Below the pieces are notes generated by a model that worked only from the letters and a program-made list of their open reading frames with translations, was not told where the DNA came from and did no database searches. Both the position numbers and the translations under genes were made by a program. A DNA stretch of 64,000 nucleotides from a virus (taxonomy: Duplodnaviria > Caudoviricetes), in the IMG/VR virus record IMGVR_UViG_3300010370_000038, positions 876 to 64,875 of that record, one strand, 5' to 3'. How positions within the stretch are numbered: the stretch's first letter is position 1; every line of letters begins with the position of its first letter. Below are positions 58,060 through 64,000 of this stretch, one piece after another.

Positions 58060-58902
58060 ATGGCTCAACCAGCTACGAGACAAGGGTTAATAGATTATTG
58101 CTTGAGGCAACTAGGAGCCCCAGTTTTAGAAATTAATGTTGACAATGACCAGATTGAAGATTTGGTTGATGATGCCTTGCAATTTTTTCAGGAGAGGCAT
58201 TATGATGGTACGGAGCAGCAATATTTAAAATATAAAATTACTGAGGCAGATATTAACAGAGGAAAGGCAAGGGGAGGTAATCAAGCGGTTGGTATAACCA
58301 CCACATCAGATATAGCAACTATTAATGGCACATCAGTATCTTTCTCATTTGAAGAAAATAGCAATTTCCTAAAATTACCAGATGATGTCATTGGTGTTAA
58401 TAAAGTATTTCGTTTTGATAGTAGTAGCATTTCTTCTGGAATGTTTAGTGTCAAGTATCAGTTATTTTTGAATGATATTTACTGGTTGGGTGCAAGTGAA
58501 CTGTTGAGTTATTCGATGGTTAAAAGTCATCTAGAAACCATCGATATGCTATTGACTACTGATAAGCAACTAAGATTTAATAAAACTCAGGGAAAACTAT
58601 TCATAGATATCGAATGGTCCCAGGCAACTGCTGGAGATCACATCATTATCGACTGTTGGAGAGCACTTGATCCTATTACAAATGGAAAAGTATGGAATAA
58701 TTCTTTCTTAAAAAGATATCTCACTTCCTTAATTAAAAGGCAGTGGGGTCAAAATATGATGAAGTTTCAGGGCATCAAACTTCCTGGTGGTGTTGAATTA
58801 AATGGAAGACAAATGTACGATGATGCAACAGCAGAACTTCAGGAGTTGAGAGATAAGATGATAAGTGAATATGAAGTACCACCGTTAGATCTAATTGGGT
58901 AA
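58060..58902 (+). CDS. gp13: Neck protein gp13
   Basis: LIDYCLRQLGAPVLEINVD...QWGQNMMKFQGIKLPGGVELNG. Confidence 0.95.
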   Translation: MAQPATRQGLIDYCLRQLGAPVLEINVDNDQIEDLVDDALQFFQERHYDGTEQQYLKYKITEADINRGKARGGNQAVGITTTSDIATINGTSVSFSFEENSNFLKLPDDVIGVNKVFRFDSSSISSGMFSVKYQLFLNDIYWLGASELLSYSMVKSHLETIDMLLTTDKQLRFNKTQGKLFIDIEWSQATAGDHIIIDCWRALDPITNGKVWNNSFLKRYLTSLIKRQWGQNMMKFQGIKLPGGVELNGRQMYDDATAELQELRDKMISEYEVPPLDLIG

Positions 58903-60287
58903 TGGCACTTAATCCTTTTTTCATTCACGGTTCTCAAGGGGAACAGAACCTCATTCAAGACTTAATCAACGAACAGTTGAGAATGTATGGCGTAGAAGTC
59001 ATTTACATTCCAAGAAAGTTTGTTAATAAAAAAACTATTATTGCAGAAGTTCAATCATCAAAATTTGATGACAACTTTGCAATAGAAGCATATTTGAATA
59101 ACTTTGACGGTCCAACTGGAAATGGTGATATCATGACAAAATTTGGTATTACCATTAAGGATGAGATCTCATTGACTATTTCTAAAGAAAGGTATGATGA
59201 CTTCATCAAACCATTCATGGAAGATATGGATGATTATGAAGTACCACTTTATGGCACTCCTAGAGAAGGAGACTTGATCTTTTTTCCATATGGAAAAAAA
59301 TTATTTGAAGTTAAGTATGTTGAGTTTGAAAAACCATTTTATCAACTTCAAAAAGTATTTACCTTCGAATTAACTTGTGAGTTGTTTGAATACGAAGATG
59401 AGGTATTGGATACTGGCATCAGTGATATTGACCTGAATATTCAGGAACAAGGATACATTGCGACTATAAACATTGTTGGGAGTGGTGTAACTGCAACTGG
59501 AACAGCAACGACGACAACTGGATATGTCCAAAGAGTCATATTGGTTAACGATGGTCATGGATATACAAGCACTCCACTAGTAACATTTACATCTCCTCCA
59601 GTTGGATTTACTACGGCAACAGCAGTTGCAATAACAACTCAGAGAGGATTACTATATTCTGTTGAGGAAATAAGAATTACAAATGCTGGTTATGGATATA
59701 CTCAGATTCCAAAAGTATACATTACTGGTGGAAACGGAGCTGGTGCTATAGCAACTTGCCTATTCACTGTCGGATCGGCAACATCATTTGGCGTTGGTAA
59801 AATTAATATAGGTGCCGCTGGAACCAATTATGCAGTGGCACCGACAGTAACTGTATCTTCCCCACCAGGCGCTGGAGTAACGGCGATAGCAAGGGCGCAG
59901 ATTGATGCGAATGGAGCTGTCACATCAGTGTATATGTTGGATGCTGGTTCTGGATATACCAGTGCTCCAACAATAACGTTCTCCAATCCACCCGTCAATG
60001 GAAGTGGTAGCTATAAATTTAATGAGATTGTTACTGGTCAGGATAGTGGTGTTACTGGAAGAGTAAGAGAATGGAACAGTTCAACAAACACTTTAAAGGT
60101 TGGAATTGTTACTGGAGCATTCTATAGGAATGAGCAAATCGTTGGTAGTGATTCAAATGCTACATATACTATAAGAAAGTTTGTTTCAGATAATCTCTGG
60201 GATCCATATGCTCAGAATGATGAGATTGAATTAGAGGCAGACTCCATTTTAGATTTTTCAGAAAGCAACCCATTTGGTAATTACTAA
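58902..60287 (+). CDS. gp14: Neck protein gp14
   Basis: EQNLIQDLINEQLRMYG...PREGDLIFFP...PFYQL...LDFSESNPFG; internal GxGY..P.V repeats. Confidence 0.95.
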   Translation: MALNPFFIHGSQGEQNLIQDLINEQLRMYGVEVIYIPRKFVNKKTIIAEVQSSKFDDNFAIEAYLNNFDGPTGNGDIMTKFGITIKDEISLTISKERYDDFIKPFMEDMDDYEVPLYGTPREGDLIFFPYGKKLFEVKYVEFEKPFYQLQKVFTFELTCELFEYEDEVLDTGISDIDLNIQEQGYIATINIVGSGVTATGTATTTTGYVQRVILVNDGHGYTSTPLVTFTSPPVGFTTATAVAITTQRGLLYSVEEIRITNAGYGYTQIPKVYITGGNGAGAIATCLFTVGSATSFGVGKINIGAAGTNYAVAPTVTVSSPPGAGVTAIARAQIDANGAVTSVYMLDAGSGYTSAPTITFSNPPVNGSGSYKFNEIVTGQDSGVTGRVREWNSSTNTLKVGIVTGAFYRNEQIVGSDSNATYTIRKFVSDNLWDPYAQNDEIELEADSILDFSESNPFGNY

Positions 60288-61153
60288 TGTTAGGAACTTA
60301 TTTTTATCACGAAATTATAAGAAAAACCATTATTGGTTTTGGAACTCTTTTTAATAATATTGAGTTGAGGCACCAGGACAAAAATGGTGCTGATATTAGT
60401 GTCCTGAAAGTTCCTCTTGCATATGGTCCTATGCAAAAATTTCTTGCTAGAATTGAGCAAGGAAGAACAGACTTAGAAAGAGATATTGCTATTACTCTCC
60501 CAAGAATGTCATTTGAATTGACGGGGATTTCATATGATCCAACTAGAAAGGTTGGGGTTACTCAAACTTTTAAAGCATTAGATGAGAATAAAAAAATCAA
60601 GCAAGTCTATATGCCAGTTCCATATAACATGGATTTTCAGTTAAATATTTTTTCAAAACTAAATGATGATGTTTTGCAAATCATCGAACAGATATTACCT
60701 TTCTTTCAACCATCATTTAATATCACTGTCGATCTAGTAAATTCAATTGGAGAGAAAAAAGATATTCCCATTGTCCTCAATAATATATCATTTACTGATG
60801 AGTATGAAGGAGATTTCACTACTAGAAGAGCTCTAATTTATACATTAACATTTACAGCAAAAACTTATCTGTTCGGTCCTATCGCAGAGAATTCAGACGG
60901 AATTATCAGAAAAGTTCAAGTCGATTCTTTCACAAGTACAGATGTTTCTACTGCAAGACGATCTGTACGATTGCAAGTTACTCCTACTGCAACTAAAGAT
61001 TATGATAATGACGGGCAAATCACAGAATCTGATGATGCAATACTTCAGTCTGGTCAAGCAGATGGTGATGATTTTGGATTTGGTGAGATCACAACGTTCT
61101 TTACTACTCCAAAACTTTGGAGTCCAAGTCAAGGAAAAGATGTTGACCTATGA
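60287..61153 (+). CDS. gp15: Tail terminator / sheath stabiliser gp15
   Basis: YFYHEIIRK.II.FGTLFN...VPLAYGP.QKFL...LPRMSFE...QIIEQILPFFQP. Confidence 0.95.
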   Translation: MLGTYFYHEIIRKTIIGFGTLFNNIELRHQDKNGADISVLKVPLAYGPMQKFLARIEQGRTDLERDIAITLPRMSFELTGISYDPTRKVGVTQTFKALDENKKIKQVYMPVPYNMDFQLNIFSKLNDDVLQIIEQILPFFQPSFNITVDLVNSIGEKKDIPIVLNNISFTDEYEGDFTTRRALIYTLTFTAKTYLFGPIAENSDGIIRKVQVDSFTSTDVSTARRSVRLQVTPTATKDYDNDGQITESDDAILQSGQADGDDFGFGEITTFFTTPKLWSPSQGKDVDL

Positions 61154-61584
61154 CAATGGATAAATTTGACAAGATTAGCGAATCTTTAGACATCGAAACT
61201 TCAATCGTAGAAACAGTTAAGGAACCTGCCCCAGTTAAGGTTGAGAAAAAAACGACTGGAGATGTTGATAAAGATTATGAGTATACCAGAGCAAATCTTT
61301 ATTCTCTAATTGAAAAGGGGCAAGAAGCACTGAATGGTGTTATGGAACTTGCTGCTGAGAGTGACAGCCCAAGAGCTTATGAAGTTGTTGGGCAACTCTT
61401 AAAAAATGTAAGCGATACAACTGATAAGTTAATGGATCTTCAAAAGAAAGTTAAGGACATAGAAGATCAAAGTGAAAAGAAAACAACTAATAATGTTACA
61501 AACAATGCATTATTTGTTGGAAGTACGGCAGAACTTCAAAAGTTACTAAAGCAAGGTTTTCTAAATAATAATGACGATAAATAA
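61150..61584 (+). CDS. gp16: Terminase small subunit gp16
   Basis: DYEYTRANLY...PRAYEV...NNALFVGSTAELQK. Confidence 0.93.
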   Translation: MTMDKFDKISESLDIETSIVETVKEPAPVKVEKKTTGDVDKDYEYTRANLYSLIEKGQEALNGVMELAAESDSPRAYEVVGQLLKNVSDTTDKLMDLQKKVKDIEDQSEKKTTNNVTNNALFVGSTAELQKLLKQGFLNNNDDK

Positions 61585-61612
61585 ATTCTTACTGCCAAGG
61601 AAGAGATAAAGG

Positions 61613-62689
61613 ATGACTGAAAAAAAGAAAGACCACGAAGTTTCCATGGCGCAATCTCAATTGGCGTCTGCAAAGACTAATATTTTGAAACTTCAAAAGA
61701 AGTTGGGCAAGAAGGAGAGAGATATTCCAGCTTGGATTCAAGCAAAAATTACTGATACTGCACATAACATGGATGCTGCTACTAGTTACAAAGAAGGCGT
61801 AAGTTTTGATATTGGACCTGGGCACAAAGGAGCACAAAGAACTCAAAAGATTTATAATAAAGCAAAAGAGGGTGCTGGAACTGAAAAGGAGTGGTTAAAG
61901 AAAACTGGTCCACAGCTTCCACTTGCTAAGAAAAACAATAAAGTTCAAATGGCTCATTATGAACTTGAGGGATCTTTAATATCAGAAAGAGAATTTGATG
62001 AACCAGGAGAGGAAGATTGGAGACCAGATGTTCGTGCCCATAATAAGAAGTATGGTGGATATAAACCAAAGGGTTACTGGCGTCCAAAACCAAAACCAGG
62101 ATCTGGTCCAAGTTTACCTCAAGCTAAAGCAAAGACAAAAGTTCAGGTAGCACATTATGAAATTGATGGTGATGTTATTGACGAAGCAAAGGGCAAAAAG
62201 GATCCTTGCTGGAAGGGATATAAGCAAATTGGAATGAAAAAGAAAGGTGGAAAAGAAGTTCCTAATTGTGTTCCTGTTTCCGAAGAAAAGAAAGATCCAT
62301 GTTGGAAAGGATACACGCAGGTTGGAATGAAAAAGAAGAATGGTAGAGAAGTTCCAAACTGTGTACCATCAGCAGGAGTACCAAAGGCAACTGGATATAA
62401 AGCAGAATCTCACGATCTCAAAACTTTTAAGCAATTCTGTGCAGAGGCAGCCTGGACACGAAAGGAGGGTCAAAACAAGAATGGTGGTCTCAACGAGAAA
62501 GGTAGAAAATCCTACGAAAGAGCTAATCCTGGAAGCGACCTTAAGGCACCTTCAAAGAAAGTTGGAAATCCCCGCAGGGCGTCATTTTGTGCCAGAATGA
62601 GTGGCATGAAAAAGAAATTAACTTCTGCCAAGACTGCTAATGATCCAAATAGCAGAATCAACAAATCACTCAGAGCTTGGAACTGCTAA
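61613..62689 (+). CDS. Modular basic protein, probable internal head protein
   Basis: Lys-rich modules separated by (I/L/V)xE sites; two DPCWKGY...VPNCVP units; C-terminal AWTRKEG...RASFCARM...SLRAWNC. Confidence 0.7.
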   Translation: MTEKKKDHEVSMAQSQLASAKTNILKLQKKLGKKERDIPAWIQAKITDTAHNMDAATSYKEGVSFDIGPGHKGAQRTQKIYNKAKEGAGTEKEWLKKTGPQLPLAKKNNKVQMAHYELEGSLISEREFDEPGEEDWRPDVRAHNKKYGGYKPKGYWRPKPKPGSGPSLPQAKAKTKVQVAHYEIDGDVIDEAKGKKDPCWKGYKQIGMKKKGGKEVPNCVPVSEEKKDPCWKGYTQVGMKKKNGREVPNCVPSAGVPKATGYKAESHDLKTFKQFCAEAAWTRKEGQNKNGGLNEKGRKSYERANPGSDLKAPSKKVGNPRRASFCARMSGMKKKLTSAKTANDPNSRINKSLRAWNC

Positions 62690-62690
62690 A

Positions 62691-63008
62691 ATGAAAAGTT
62701 ACAAAGAATTCATCTCCGAAAGTATTAATATTTCTGGAGACTTCAACGGGACAATGATTATCGGAGGTTCTACTCAACAAGAATCTTCTGATATGGAAGA
62801 GAGTTATACTGCTGATGTTCTTTGGCAGGGCAATCTTTATAGATTGGAGTTGACATCCGACATCGTACCTTCATCCAAAGAACTAACTGAACAATTGCAG
62901 GGAGAATATCCTGGAGCAATTGTCCAATACATTTATCCCTCAACACAGAAGTCTATTAACGTAACGAGTAGTAAAAGATATCACCCGTCAAAACTAGAAT
63001 GGATTTGA
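62691..63008 (+). CDS. Protein with a T4-type capsid-targeting N-terminus
   Basis: Begins MKSYKEFISE, like T4 internal-protein targeting peptides. Confidence 0.7.
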   Translation: MKSYKEFISESINISGDFNGTMIIGGSTQQESSDMEESYTADVLWQGNLYRLELTSDIVPSSKELTEQLQGEYPGAIVQYIYPSTQKSINVTSSKRYHPSKLEWI

Positions 63009-63012
63009 TTTT

Positions 63013-64000
63013 ATGGCACAGTGGAATAAGAACACACAAGATTTTCTAAATCAAGAAAGATCCTTATTTGAGGTTTACAACATTGCAGATCACTGGGGAA
63101 ACCAGACGGATTGGAGACCTCAGTTTTCTAATAACAACAGACTAAAGGTTGCTCCTTTCCAAACAGTTTTCTTTAATACTTTCCAGTATGGTAAAGAGAC
63201 TGATGTTTGGGATGAGAGAGTAGTTGGTGTTGGAACTGCAACTTGGAACCAATATGCAAGTAATGTGATTATGCAAGTTGGTTCTACTGCTGGTAGCAAA
63301 GTCATCAGACAGACCAAGAATGTGATGAGATACATTCCTGGTAGACCTGCAACACTTGCATTCGCAATTCGTCTAGAAGCACCTACTCCTGGAGTTCGTA
63401 GAAGATTTGGATTGTTTGACGATAATAATGGTGTTTATTTTGAGGATGATGGGGGCACATATTCTTATGTAATTCGCACCCGTACATCAGGTATTACTAC
63501 AGAAAGAAGAGTTGGTAGAGATGAATGGAATGGTGAAAAGTTTGATGGTAATGGTTGGACTGGTGTAACCGCAGACCCAACAAAACAACAGATGATTTCT
63601 ATTAATTATGAATGGTATGGTGCGGGAACTGTAGATTTTGCTTGGTTAATGAAGGGAGAAACTATCAAGAGTCATACTTTTGATAACTCAAATAATCTTG
63701 ATAGGGTTTGGTGTTCTACTCCATTTCTACCAATTCGTGTTGAGATTGAGAATGTAACTGGAGTTGCTGGAACTCATTACATCTATCAGGGTTCTAACTC
63801 TCTGATTCAAGAAGGTGAACCAGAAAAGCTTGGAACTCTTTTGAGCATTTCCAATCCGATTACTGGAACTACGATGTCTAATGCAAATACATTTTATCCA
63901 GTGGTTAGTTTGCGTCTTAAGTCATCCGCACTTGGAGCAGTAATGCTCTTGAGATCTCTGCAGGCAGTAACGAACGATAACACGAATGTTTATTGGAGAC
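63013..64000 (+). CDS. Conserved cyanophage protein, partial (runs off the window; not in ORF track)
   Basis: MAQWNKNTQDFLNQERSLFEV...FFNTFQYGKETDVWDE...MRYIPGR; open to the window end. Confidence 0.8.
   Translation, partial: MAQWNKNTQDFLNQERSLFEVYNIADHWGNQTDWRPQFSNNNRLKVAPFQTVFFNTFQYGKETDVWDERVVGVGTATWNQYASNVIMQVGSTAGSKVIRQTKNVMRYIPGRPATLAFAIRLEAPTPGVRRRFGLFDDNNGVYFEDDGGTYSYVIRTRTSGITTERRVGRDEWNGEKFDGNGWTGVTADPTKQQMISINYEWYGAGTVDFAWLMKGETIKSHTFDNSNNLDRVWCSTPFLPIRVEIENVTGVAGTHYIYQGSNSLIQEGEPEKLGTLLSISNPITGTTMSNANTFYPVVSLRLKSSALGAVMLLRSLQAVTNDNTNVYWR

Noticed and set aside
1-64000. Prophage within a bacterial chromosome
   Set aside because: No integrase or host housekeeping genes; continuous T4-like gene order and late promoters indicate a lytic myovirus genome

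Overview
This window is 64 kb of a T4-like cyanophage (cyanomyovirus) genome, almost entirely on the + strand. Left (1-9.2 kb): the end of a tRNA cluster, the auxiliary metabolic gene pebS and two large virion/fibre genes. Middle (9.2-27 kb): an accessory/early region built from about 16 near-identical promoter cassettes. These drive small genes, including an SF2 helicase, a MamI-like nuclease, a HicA-like RNase and an ArdA-like DNA mimic. The region is interrupted by AT-rich modules with late-promoter boxes (a Trp-halogenase-family/2OG-oxygenase fusion, three more 2OG-Fe(II) oxygenases, three tail-collar genes), a minus-strand GIY-YIG endonuclease, and a dense cluster of palindromic 11-mers that may be an origin. 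Right (27-64 kb): speD and the conserved morphogenesis block gp25-gp6-gp7-gp8-VrlC-like-gp13-gp14-gp15-gp16, followed by probable internal head proteins. Most notable are (i) a 74-aa tract with 31 Trp in the VrlC-like protein, alongside late-expressed halogenase/oxygenase tailoring enzymes, suggesting a virion-modification system; (ii) a perfectly nested 11-domain repeat block in gp7; and (iii) the TCTMGWCKAGA cluster bracketed by Fur-box-like sites. All family calls come from motif recognition by eye; no searches were run.
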